A stretch of 57,019 nt of DNA from an uncultured Gammaproteobacteria bacterium (GTDB lineage: Bacteria; Patescibacteriota; Patescibacteriia; VMEV01; CAYQCH01). Below, piece by piece: positions 10,352 to 19,412 of the stretch (positions are counted from its first letter, which is position 1; each line of letters begins with the position of its first letter). The position numbers and the translations under genes were made by a program. The stretch spans positions 4,903 through 61,921 of the forward strand of contig CAYGRO010000006.1 in the NCBI GenBank assembly GCA_964352335.1. Direction: 5' to 3'. Below the pieces are notes generated by a model that had not been told where the DNA came from, made no database searches, and worked only from the letters and a program-made list of their open reading frames with translations.

Positions 10352-10566
10352 ATAAATCTATTTATTGAAGACTAAATTTAGCATAAAATAGTAATTTTGT
10401 CAAGTCTGGCGGGAGTGCTATACAATAGAAATAATAAACTCGCTGATTGTACTAATTTTAGCTAAATTATTCTGTTTTCTTCATCTTGTGCATATACTAC
10501 CATGAAAAAGCGGAAAAACAAGCAAGTTTTTATTTAGATAATACTGGTATACTGTAGGCATTAACT

Positions 10567-11838
10567 ATGGATAATCTCACGTTTCAGCAAGCGGCCGCAA
10601 AGCCCAAAAAAACTCAGAAACACTTGTTTTGGGCTGTTTTTCTTACGGTTTGTTCCCTTTTTACTGCTTTATTGATTGGGCATAGAGTTATTACACATTT
10701 TTCAGAATCGATTCACCCGCTTTTATCAGAAAAGCAAGAGTTTTATAGTTATTTTAAAAGAGATTTACTCAATGCGAGTGATTTTTTGATTATCGAAGAA
10801 ATAGTAACAAATTTTCTCTCTAATTCGGAATCAGATACGATAGAGCTATTATCCACTATTATGCAAGAAGCACCTGTAAACACAGGGATATTTACCATAA
10901 ACAGCCAAGCATATTACTTTGTTGAAGATAAACAATGTCAGAATCAAGAAATGCTCTCAAAAATATTTGTGAAATCGGATCTTGCTAGCAAGGCTGTGGA
11001 AGAAATGGGGAATTGTTATACTGTTTTTTCACAAAAACCACTGTCAGCAATAGATTTTGGTCAATCATCTCGTAAATTACTTAAAATAAAGCGAATGCTT
11101 ATAAGTAAGAACCCAAGCTCTGCCGTCTTTGCCCAACCAAATGGTAATGAGCCTTTAATTGGGTTTATTCATTCGTCTGCCGATCAATTAGTACTAAGAA
11201 TAGGGGAATTAACGAGTGATTTTTCTACGGAATTAGGCACAAAAGAAGTGAGGCAATCCTTATTTAGTCTCAATCAAGTGAGCCAAGATAGATCATCTGT
11301 ACCAGTCTATTCTCAAAAATTAACTGAATTAGGTGGATTTGCTCAGTTTTTTGGAGAATTTACTATCTATCAAGGGGATTTAGTAAATTTTACTGATGAT
11401 AAATATAATTCAACGATAGCTTGGTCTTGGTTAGGAAGTAGTACAGATGCAAATCGACTAAAAGAAGAGATTTTAAACGAATTGGCAGATAAGTATCCTG
11501 TTGCGGTAGAACAAGTGCTTCCAGATGAAACAATTATTATGGAATTACACGAAGATAAAAATTCTTTTCTAAGTATTGTGGTGGATGAAAACGGCAATGA
11601 AAAAACGCTTTATACTTATCCAGACGGGCAAATTCAAGAGATTATTTCTGGCAATCTTGTTTCTTTTACAAAGGACGCACCTTCAGAAAGAGAAGAGATT
11701 CAAAATAATTGTGTTTATCCAGATGCTTTAGGCTTTGGACATATTTCAAATGACTTTATCCACACTAATCTGTGGAAAACAGCTCTATTTAGCTATGATC
11801 AGCAAAAAATGATCCTATGCTTTGTAAAGAACACATAA
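10567..11838 (+). CDS. Hypothetical protein with an N-terminal membrane anchor
   Basis: 423-aa ORF with one N-terminal hydrophobic helix; no recognised motif. Confidence 0.75.
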   Translation: MDNLTFQQAAAKPKKTQKHLFWAVFLTVCSLFTALLIGHRVITHFSESIHPLLSEKQEFYSYFKRDLLNASDFLIIEEIVTNFLSNSESDTIELLSTIMQEAPVNTGIFTINSQAYYFVEDKQCQNQEMLSKIFVKSDLASKAVEEMGNCYTVFSQKPLSAIDFGQSSRKLLKIKRMLISKNPSSAVFAQPNGNEPLIGFIHSSADQLVLRIGELTSDFSTELGTKEVRQSLFSLNQVSQDRSSVPVYSQKLTELGGFAQFFGEFTIYQGDLVNFTDDKYNSTIAWSWLGSSTDANRLKEEILNELADKYPVAVEQVLPDETIIMELHEDKNSFLSIVVDENGNEKTLYTYPDGQIQEIISGNLVSFTKDAPSEREEIQNNCVYPDALGFGHISNDFIHTNLWKTALFSYDQQKMILCFVKNT

Positions 11839-11902
11839 CTTGTCCACAGTTATTCAGTTTTCCTAAAATTGCCTGATCACTTTCATTGTTCACTGGGGAT
11901 AA
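11756..11902. promoter_or_regulatory. Cluster of DnaA-box-like 9-mers
   Basis: TTATCCACA (11756), TGTGGAAAA (11771), TTGTCCACA (11840), TGGGGATAA (11894). Confidence 0.5.
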
Positions 11903-11957
11903 GATTTTTTTTCTCCTAATGTCAGCAAAAAAAACAGGTGTTTAACTACACTTAATC

Positions 11958-11986
11958 TTGCTCATCATGTCAAAAAATGCTATACT
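11958..11986 (+). promoter_or_regulatory. Sigma70-type promoter
   Basis: TTGCTC-17 bp-TATACT with a TGn extension. Confidence 0.7.
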
Positions 11987-11989
11987 TGT

Positions 11990-12664
11990 TACAGAAATAA
12001 AAACAAAAAACAGCGAAGCTTCTATCTTAAGCTTCAAAGAGGAGAATCCATTTTACGCTCTTTTAGAAAACCAACGTAAAGTACAAAAGTAAAGAGATTG
12101 CGTCTGAACCTATGTCTGCGCGCAACAATCATGCTTGTCGTGACACGTACAATTTATAGTCATGATTGTTAAAGATTCGGATACAGCCCTCTCTACTGTT
12201 CTGCAATGTAAATCAGCCTCAACCTGGTTTACCAAATAAAAATACAAGAGAAAAAATAAAATATGAGGCCAAAAAGTGCTTCAACAGAGCTCTAATCGTA
12301 TTTAACGATAAGAGTATTGACCTAGGGGACGTATCAGGTCAGTCACTCTTCTGTAGGAGTTGTTGTGGAGACAAAGAAGTTTATAGCTTCAACATACTGC
12401 CTCAGAATGGTGGAGAACGACTGAATAGCTCATACGATGAGCATCAATCCAATCGAGGATTATACATTCGGTCATATTGTTTCACAATCGGTGCAAACAA
12501 TAGCTCAAGAGTTGAGACGAGCAAGAGTACACACACAAAACAGTACATTTCTTATGCAAGAAGGATCATAATTTCGCTATTGTGACCCCCCTCGCATAAG
12601 GAATGGGACCGTTTTACTAGCGGGTCTAGCCACATCCATGGGCTTATAGGCCCGCTTTTCTTTT
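11990..12664 (+). ncRNA. Candidate large structured ncRNA (RNA A), family not recognised
   Basis: Lies between a promoter and a terminator-like hairpin (AGCGGGTCT/AGGCCCGCT + T tract). More than ten consecutive stems are visible, and there is no convincing ORF. Confidence 0.65.
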
Positions 12665-12736
12665 GTCTCATTCCGCTCTATAATAGGAAAGAGCCAAATT
12701 AAAGGCTCATTTTGCTATCTCGCTAACTTTAAACAT

Positions 12737-13093
12737 ATGGAGAAAGAAATACTTGAACAAATCAAACAAAAGCTGAATGCTAGAAAAAAAGATCTAGAAA
12801 CAGAACTTGCTAAAATCTCAGATCAGCATGGCGATGCAACTTATGAAGATATTGAAGATGATGAAGATGTAAATGCTCAAGAAGTAACTCAATATTCAGA
12901 TCGACTCTCACTTGTTGCCGAGCTAACAAAAGGATTAGAAGATGTAGATAAGTCTTTGAAAAAAATTGAAGAAGGAAAATACGGTATTTGTAAATATTGC
13001 AAGAAAGAAATCAACCCACAACGATTACTCGTGCGACCTTCCTCTGGGTCTTGTATTGAATGCAAGGCGGCGCTGCAAGGAGAAACAAGATAA
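12737..13093 (+). CDS. TraR/DksA C4-type zinc finger protein
   Basis: Coiled coil followed by YGICKYC...RLLVRPSSGSCIEC. Confidence 0.92.
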   Translation: MEKEILEQIKQKLNARKKDLETELAKISDQHGDATYEDIEDDEDVNAQEVTQYSDRLSLVAELTKGLEDVDKSLKKIEEGKYGICKYCKKEINPQRLLVRPSSGSCIECKAALQGETR

Positions 13094-13097
13094 TAGT

Positions 13098-13170
13098 TCG
13101 AATCTACGAATTACAACCAATCTACGAATAGAAATCTCATTTGTAGATTTGTGCTAATTCGTAGATTCGA
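13098..13170. repeat. ATCTAC-family palindromic element, copy 3
   Basis: TCGAATCTACGAATTA...TAATTCGTAGATTCGA arms with an inner ATCTAC/GTAGAT pair. Confidence 0.85.
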
Positions 13171-13207
13171 CTAACTGTTTATTATCACTTTTACTAGTGA
13201 GAAATTA

Positions 13208-13681
13208 ATGTCTATGAAGTGGAGATTAGCTTTTTTTAATTTTGTTTTCTTGGGACTGGTTGTTTTGCTGGACCAAATTTCTAAGGTATTCATTTTTCCT
13301 TATAATCGACCTTTAGTTGAATTCGATTTTTCTTGGCTCATTTTTAAAATTATTCCTTCTGTAAATGAGAACTTTGCTTTCAGTATTGCTGGAACTCCAT
13401 TAGTAATTTCGCTTGTCGTTGGTATCGTTTTCCTATTTGTTCTTACACTTTTTTTAAAAGAGATTTGGGAAGAAAAACAAGAAAGTCTTTGGCTTGCCAT
13501 TCTTTTAGGTGGGGCTATCGGAAATATTATCGATCGATTTATTTACGGAGGAGTAATTGATTGGATTGATATCACGTTATTCAAATTTAGTTGGTCAAGT
13601 TTTAATTTCGCAGATATAGCTATTATTACAGGTGTTATTGGGTGGCTCATATCATCTCTAATTCAAAAGAAAAAATATTAA
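13208..13681 (+). CDS. lspA: Lipoprotein signal peptidase II
   Basis: LDQISK, N-x-x-x-AFS, GGAIGNIIDR, VIDWI and FNFAD motifs. Confidence 0.93.
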   Translation: MSMKWRLAFFNFVFLGLVVLLDQISKVFIFPYNRPLVEFDFSWLIFKIIPSVNENFAFSIAGTPLVISLVVGIVFLFVLTLFLKEIWEEKQESLWLAILLGGAIGNIIDRFIYGGVIDWIDITLFKFSWSSFNFADIAIITGVIGWLISSLIQKKKY

Positions 13682-13682
13682 T

Positions 13683-14681
13683 ATGTCATTACCACTTTGG
13701 ATTCTTGTTTTCGTTTTAAGTTTAGCCGTCTTAATTAAGTCAGCTGATTTTTTTACAAAGGGTGCCGAAATATTAGGGCTTCGATTTAAAATCAACCCAT
13801 TCATTATTGGTGTGACAATCGTTAGTATTGGAACCTCTTTACCAGAACTTGTGACCTCATTTATTGCGATCGCTCATGGTCAAGCTGAACTTGTGGCAGC
13901 AAATGCAATTGGTTCAAATATTGCCAATATTTTACTTATCGTTGGTCTTGCATCTGTCTTTTCTGGGACGCTTATTGTTAGACGGAGTTTAATTGATCTA
14001 GATGCTCCATTATTAGCAATTAGTACAGCAATTTTATTAGCAATTGTTTTAGACAAACAAGTGACAACCGTTGAGGCGTTAATATTAGTTTTAACATATG
14101 TAGTCTACTTAGCTTATACAATTAAAACTGGCCAAACACCAGATGATGAAGTTGAGCATAAAGATAGAAAAATTAAAAAAGTCATTACCGCTAAAATTGA
14201 CGATAAAGACTTATCTGAAAAAGAAGAAATGGGTTGGAAGCGGATTGCACTTTATCTACTTGCTGGTGCTATTGGTATTTACTTTGGAGCTGATTATACA
14301 ATTAAATCTGTTGTAGAAATTGGAACAGCTTTGGGTATTGCTACTTCTGTTATTGCTATTACGGCAATCGCTTTTGGAACATCGCTCCCTGAGCTTGTTG
14401 TTTCTATTTCTGCTGCGAAAAAAGGAAACTTTGAAATTGCTTTAGGGAATGTTTTTGGCTCTAATATTTTTAATTCATTAATGGTAATTGGTTTGCCAGG
14501 GTTATTTACAACCCTTCCACTTGATCCGGCGACGTATTCAGTAGGTGTTTTCTTCATGGTTAGTGCAACATTACTCTATATCTTTTCGGGGATTTCAAAG
14601 CATGTTCACAAATGGGAAGGGTTTATGTATCTGCTTTTTTATGTTCTTTTTGTGATAAAAATATTTGGTGGATCACTTTAG
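13683..14681 (+). CDS. Calcium/sodium (cation:Ca2+) antiporter, YrbG family
   Basis: Two alpha repeats GTSLPEL...GSNI. Confidence 0.93.
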   Translation: MSLPLWILVFVLSLAVLIKSADFFTKGAEILGLRFKINPFIIGVTIVSIGTSLPELVTSFIAIAHGQAELVAANAIGSNIANILLIVGLASVFSGTLIVRRSLIDLDAPLLAISTAILLAIVLDKQVTTVEALILVLTYVVYLAYTIKTGQTPDDEVEHKDRKIKKVITAKIDDKDLSEKEEMGWKRIALYLLAGAIGIYFGADYTIKSVVEIGTALGIATSVIAITAIAFGTSLPELVVSISAAKKGNFEIALGNVFGSNIFNSLMVIGLPGLFTTLPLDPATYSVGVFFMVSATLLYIFSGISKHVHKWEGFMYLLFYVLFVIKIFGGSL

Positions 14682-14763
14682 CACAAGATAAATATCCAGC
14701 CTTTGACAGCTGGTTTTTATTTAGGTTAGATTTAACACGGTCAACAAACAGGAGAAACAGACG

Positions 14764-15810
14764 ATGGAACAAATTACCGCAATCAACCTGGGCTACGGTT
14801 TGGGGACAAAGGACTGGCAAGATGAGGCTTGTCGGGCTGTTATGGCTCTTGAGCATGATGGGGCCATCTCCGTTTTTGGTCATGGAGTGGATGACCAACT
14901 TCGCATGCGGATGGTAGATGTCATTTCACATGTCTACCGTGCTTCTACGGAGGTTCAACAACAGTTTGTGAGGCCAGACCTTTTCTACCAGGTTGGGCTG
15001 ACACCTCCAAATACGGAAACACATCGGCAGCATGAAGGGTGGGACCTTTTGCCAAAGCAGCATCGCCCACTAACAAATTTCGACGGCAAGGATGAGCACA
15101 AGTATCGGTGGTTTGATCCCATCGGCCCTGTCGACGTGATTCCCTATAAACCCGTCACCCCAGATATCCCAGGTTTTCGTCAAAGCATGGTTCGATGGGG
15201 GGAGGCGCTGGCATATACCGTGGTCAAAGACCGCCTAGCCAAGATGATCGCCTTTGGCTATGGGCTTCCTGTCGACTACTTTGAAGAAATACTTGCGCGC
15301 GGAGCTCATTTGGTGGCACCCACGGGCACGGAGCTTGGTCGGTGTCTGGAAATGCTCGCTGAGGAAGAGGTGCCCTTCATTAAGCTCGCAGGATTTCACA
15401 ACGACCTCAACTGGGGGACGATTCACGGTCGCGCCACTATCCCTGGGCTTTGGATTTGGACAACCGAGGGCAAGCGCGTGCTTGTCCGAATCAAGGAAGG
15501 TCATTTGCTTTTTCAGGTTGGTCAACAGCTTGCTGCTCAAACGGCTTACAGGATGAAGGCTGGTTATCACGAAGTGGTAATTACGCCCAAGCTGGGAAAA
15601 GAAATCCAAGCCAAGCACCAAGGACAAACATTTGCGTGGAGGATCGGGTCTACCGTATTTGTCACTGCAGATCGTCAAGCTTCTCTGGTGCCGGACGAGA
15701 AGCTCTTCGCAGGGCTAGATCGAGAAGCTCTCATCTTGTCCTACCCTCATCTCTCGATGAGGGTAGACGAGCAAATGCAGGACGAGTTCTCGAAAATCTC
15801 GTTCGCATAA
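14764..15810 (+). CDS. 2-oxoglutarate/Fe(II)-dependent dioxygenase, isopenicillin N synthase-like fold
   Basis: HxD (GFHNDLN), distal His (AGYHEVV) and a WRIGS segment. SD AGGAG upstream, GC-richer than its neighbours, own terminator at 15818-15850. Confidence 0.8.
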   Translation: MEQITAINLGYGLGTKDWQDEACRAVMALEHDGAISVFGHGVDDQLRMRMVDVISHVYRASTEVQQQFVRPDLFYQVGLTPPNTETHRQHEGWDLLPKQHRPLTNFDGKDEHKYRWFDPIGPVDVIPYKPVTPDIPGFRQSMVRWGEALAYTVVKDRLAKMIAFGYGLPVDYFEEILARGAHLVAPTGTELGRCLEMLAEEEVPFIKLAGFHNDLNWGTIHGRATIPGLWIWTTEGKRVLVRIKEGHLLFQVGQQLAAQTAYRMKAGYHEVVITPKLGKEIQAKHQGQTFAWRIGSTVFVTADRQASLVPDEKLFAGLDREALILSYPHLSMRVDEQMQDEFSKISFA

Positions 15811-15957
15811 AACCCATGCCCCCACGCACTCGTTGCGTGTGGGGCGTTTTCATAACAAGAAGTATTTGCTATACTTCAATCATTCACCCCCCACACCTCG
15901 CTATCACTCTAGCGAGGTGTGTTTTTTACCGAGAACAATTCGCTATGGAATAGCCAT

Positions 15958-17484
15958 ATGAGAAAATTAGCTTCAAAAACGTTTTCAGCTTGTGTTATTG
16001 GTGTTGATGCACAGTTAATAGAAATAGAGGCCGATCAACGTTCTGGTATCGTAAAAACTGCTATTGTCGGATTGCCAGATAAAGCTTGTGCCGAGGCCAA
16101 AGAACGGGTAAAAAGTGCGATAAGAAATATCGGTGAAAGACTACCACAGGGGCAATTTACTTTTAACCTGGCACCAGCAGATTTACCAAAGAGTGGATCA
16201 GGCTTTGACCTGGCAATGGCTATTGCACTATTAGTACGAACAGGTTGTCTAAAACAAAACCAAGTTGATGAAATTTTGTTTTTAGGCGAACTGGCTTTAA
16301 ACGGATCAATCCGTTCTGTCCAAGGAGTTTTGGCCGTGGTTCAATTGGCCAAAGAAATAGGGTTTAAACAAATCATTATTCCTACCTTGAATAGAGAAGA
16401 AGCAGGATTGATTACGGAGGTGAGTGTATATTCAGCTAATCATTTGCAGGAGGTTTTAGATCATTTACATGGAAGGAAAAAATTACCTCAAGTGGAACAA
16501 ACTGTATTTGCACAATCAGAAACAGATTCGTCTCTTGTAGATTTTTCTCATATCAAAGGTCATCAATTTGCAAAGCGCGCTTTAGAGATTGCTATTGCCG
16601 GTGGGCATAATGTTTTGATGTCAGGTCCTCCAGGTTCTGGAAAAACCTTATTAGCAAAAGCAACCGCATCTATTCTCCCTGAAATGAAGATAGATGAAAT
16701 AATAGAAGTCACAAAAATTCATAGTTCAAGCGGGTTATTATCAAGTGCCTGTCCCTATGTTTTTCAAAGACCCTGGAGAGACCCTCATCATAGTGCTTCT
16801 TCGTCTGCCCTTGTTGGTGGTGGTTCTATTCCTAAGCCGGGAGAGATTAGCTTGGCTCATCGTGGAATTTTATTTCTAGATGAATTGCCTGAATTCCCTC
16901 GAACCGTTTTGGAAAATTTACGACAGCCATTAGAAAACGGATCCATTACCATTTCACGTGCAAGGCAAAGTATTTCTTTTCCCGCAAAATTTATTCTCAT
17001 TGCTGCCATGAATCCATGTCCTTGTGGATTTGCAACGGATAAAGATAAGTCTTGTACCTGTTTAACAACTGCGGTACAACGTTATCAACAAAAGCTCTCT
17101 GGTCCCTTATTAGATCGCATTGACCTCTTTTTAGATATCCCGCGCTTAGATTGGCAAGAGCTTCAAGTACCAGGGAAAGAAGAGTCTTCACATGCAATCA
17201 GGCATCGAGTGGTATTGGCTCGAAACTATCAACAAAAACGGAATCAGGTATTCAATTGTTCAACAAACCAAGAGTTAACTTCTCATCAATTGAAGGAACT
17301 TATTTCTTTAGACAAAGAAGCCAAACAGTTATTGGAGAATGCATCCAAACAAATGCAATTATCTAATCGAGCCTATTATCGAATTTTACGGGTAGCAAGA
17401 ACAATTGCTGATTTAGAAAGCTCTTCTGAGGTAATTAGTGTCCATATTGCAGAAGCATTGATGTATCGACAGGCAAAGGGGTAA
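15958..17484 (+). CDS. comM: YifB/ComM family Mg-chelatase-like AAA+ ATPase
   Basis: IVGLPD, NLAPADLPKSGSGFDL, GPPGSGKT, LFLDELPEF and NPCPCG motifs. ATG at 15958 preferred over the track start. Confidence 0.93.
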   Translation: MRKLASKTFSACVIGVDAQLIEIEADQRSGIVKTAIVGLPDKACAEAKERVKSAIRNIGERLPQGQFTFNLAPADLPKSGSGFDLAMAIALLVRTGCLKQNQVDEILFLGELALNGSIRSVQGVLAVVQLAKEIGFKQIIIPTLNREEAGLITEVSVYSANHLQEVLDHLHGRKKLPQVEQTVFAQSETDSSLVDFSHIKGHQFAKRALEIAIAGGHNVLMSGPPGSGKTLLAKATASILPEMKIDEIIEVTKIHSSSGLLSSACPYVFQRPWRDPHHSASSSALVGGGSIPKPGEISLAHRGILFLDELPEFPRTVLENLRQPLENGSITISRARQSISFPAKFILIAAMNPCPCGFATDKDKSCTCLTTAVQRYQQKLSGPLLDRIDLFLDIPRLDWQELQVPGKEESSHAIRHRVVLARNYQQKRNQVFNCSTNQELTSHQLKELISLDKEAKQLLENASKQMQLSNRAYYRILRVARTIADLESSSEVISVHIAEALMYRQAKG

Positions 17485-17547
17485 ATAGGGTGAACTATTT
17501 GTATTGATTTTAACTTCGCATGTATACTAAGTTCTAGGAGGTGTTCA

Positions 17548-17685
17548 ATGATCGTCTATACGTCGCTTTTTCCATACCCAATCTGTGTATGGACTACACT
17601 GGGCTGGTTCCCCTATTGGGGGGTCGGGCTATCGGTGGTTTACTACCTGGTTCTGCGTCCTGTGAGGGATGTGCTCAATGGTTGA
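17548..17685 (+). CDS. 45-aa hydrophobic small protein (not in ORF track)
   Basis: AGGAGG 7 nt before ATG; MIVYTSLFPYPICVWTTLGWFPYWGVGLSVVYYLVLRPVRDVLNG*. TATACT -10 upstream and hairpins downstream. Confidence 0.6.
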   Translation: MIVYTSLFPYPICVWTTLGWFPYWGVGLSVVYYLVLRPVRDVLNG

Positions 17686-18068
17686 TATTCTCTTTCCTTC
17701 TTCTACCAGTCGACGAGATGGAATGGGTTTTCACCCTATTCCGACTGCAAACTCTGTTTTGCGGTCGGTTTCCATTTACACTAATATTAGCCTAAAAAGG
17801 GCATTTTTTGTTAGAAATGATTGACAATCAGGCAGAAGGTTGGTATTCTGTCTTTGCTAGAAGCAGCGAGGGTCCAGAGTCGGCCTCCTGTTTTTTTCTT
17901 ATCTTAAATTTGCTTTTTAGTAACTCTCAAGCATTATTCAGGTCTACAGATTCTTGTTGACAAAGAGAGAGCCTTTAAGGCAATTGGGAAAGGCCTTGCG
18001 CTATTCCCCGTAATGTAAAACGCGTCTTTTTTAGGACGTTACTCACAATTTTAAACTTCATTTCATAC

Positions 18069-19361
18069 TTGGGCCGTTCGCTCAAGGTTTTTTTCCGGTT
18101 TTTATTTAAGCCGGTTTTTTGGTTCTTAAAAAAAATGTATCGGCTCTTTCTTATTCCGACACATCGTTTTTCGCTTCGTATAAAAAAACGATTTGAAAAA
18201 TCATTTGGACCAGCAAAAAACAAATTATTTTACCCATTGATTGCTAAGCCTGTTATTCATATTGTGGTGATTGTTCTCGTTTTTGGTGTAACCGCTACTA
18301 ATATTCAAGCCAGAGCCGTTCCAAATACAGGTGGGCAAGGAAGTATCCTTTTCCAAGTTGTTGGTGGTGACGATTTAGAGCTTATTGAGGAAACAGCAGA
18401 ACAAGCACAAGCCGCTCGAGTGACTTCGTACTTGGGGAATGCTTACGGAATTAGCCAAAGAAATTCGGTTACATTAGAAGCGGCTATTCCAGTTACGGAA
18501 ACACAAACATTGGTTATGACTGGTGGGAATGCAGTTGCTTCAACTCCTTCTATCACTGGGGCTGTTAGAGATTCTGCCCAACCAAGAAAAGTAAGAACAC
18601 GTTCAGAGTCTTATATCGTTCAAACAGGGGATACAATTAGTACTATTGCCGCACAATTTGGTTTGTCTTCTAGCACTATTTTATGGGCGAATGATTTGGG
18701 GACAAATGATTATATTCGACCTGGAGATGAATTAGCAATTTTGCCAGTAGATGGACTTGAGCATGCTGTGAAAAAAGGTGACACGCTTTCTAAATTAGCT
18801 ATAAAGTATGATGTAGAAGAGTCAGCTATTTTAGAGGCAAATAAATTATCAGAAGGGGATGAATTATTGGTTGATAGAGCTCTATTGGTTCCTGGGGGAA
18901 CTGCTCCTCGACCGGCTCCACCTGCAAGAATTGCACAATTGCCTTCTATCGATAATATTGGTTCTGTCTTTCAAAAACCAACAGCTTCTCCACAAACAGG
19001 TTCACCTTCTATGATTTGGCCAACATCTGGTCGAGTGATTACTCAATATTGGGGATGGACACATACTGGTGTAGATATTGATGGGCATTATGATTCACCT
19101 ATTTATGCTTCAGACGCTGGTGTTGTAGAAGTAGCTTCTTGGGGGAATGGATATGGATTACAAATTGTGATCAACCATGAAAATGGATTTAAAACACGTT
19201 ATGCTCATGCCAGTAAAGTATTTGTAAGTCCTGGTCAACGAGTCGTTCAAGGAGAAGTTCTTGCGATGGTTGGTACAACAGGGTTTTCAACCGGAACACA
19301 TCTTCACTTTGAAGTGTATGTAAATGGTGTGAGAAGAAATCCATTACTCTACGTTCGATAA
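18069..19361 (+). CDS. LysM-domain M23 family metallopeptidase
   Basis: TM helix, two LysM repeats (YIVQTGDTISTIA, HAVKKGDTLSKLA), HTGVD and HLHFE zinc motifs. Confidence 0.93.
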   Translation: MGRSLKVFFRFLFKPVFWFLKKMYRLFLIPTHRFSLRIKKRFEKSFGPAKNKLFYPLIAKPVIHIVVIVLVFGVTATNIQARAVPNTGGQGSILFQVVGGDDLELIEETAEQAQAARVTSYLGNAYGISQRNSVTLEAAIPVTETQTLVMTGGNAVASTPSITGAVRDSAQPRKVRTRSESYIVQTGDTISTIAAQFGLSSSTILWANDLGTNDYIRPGDELAILPVDGLEHAVKKGDTLSKLAIKYDVEESAILEANKLSEGDELLVDRALLVPGGTAPRPAPPARIAQLPSIDNIGSVFQKPTASPQTGSPSMIWPTSGRVITQYWGWTHTGVDIDGHYDSPIYASDAGVVEVASWGNGYGLQIVINHENGFKTRYAHASKVFVSPGQRVVQGEVLAMVGTTGFSTGTHLHFEVYVNGVRRNPLLYVR

Positions 19362-19384
19362 AAATTCTCTAAAGCAAATAAGGA

Positions 19385-19410
19385 AAAACAGCCTATCAAG
19401 GCTGTTTTTT
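19385..19410. terminator. Bidirectional intrinsic terminator
   Basis: AAAAACAGCCT-ATCA-AGGCTGTTTTT between convergent genes. Confidence 0.8.
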
Positions 19411-19412
19411 AC

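Noticed and set aside
12166-12585. 139-aa ORF inside RNA A
   Set aside because: TTG start, no motif, atypical composition, and it runs through dense hairpins; more likely incidental.
11990-12664. RNase P RNA, tmRNA or T-box
   Set aside because: I found no GGAAAGTCC/P4 signature, tRNA-like ends or T-box GGTGGNACC on either strand by eye.
2606-13170. ATCTAC/GTAGAT repeats as Cas12a-type CRISPR repeats
   Set aside because: The copies are dispersed inverted repeats with no repeat-spacer periodicity, and no cas genes are present.
17541-17795. 84-aa track ORF starting at GTG 17541
   Set aside because: Its start overlaps the AGGAGG; the SD-spaced ATG at 17548 in another frame is the better call.
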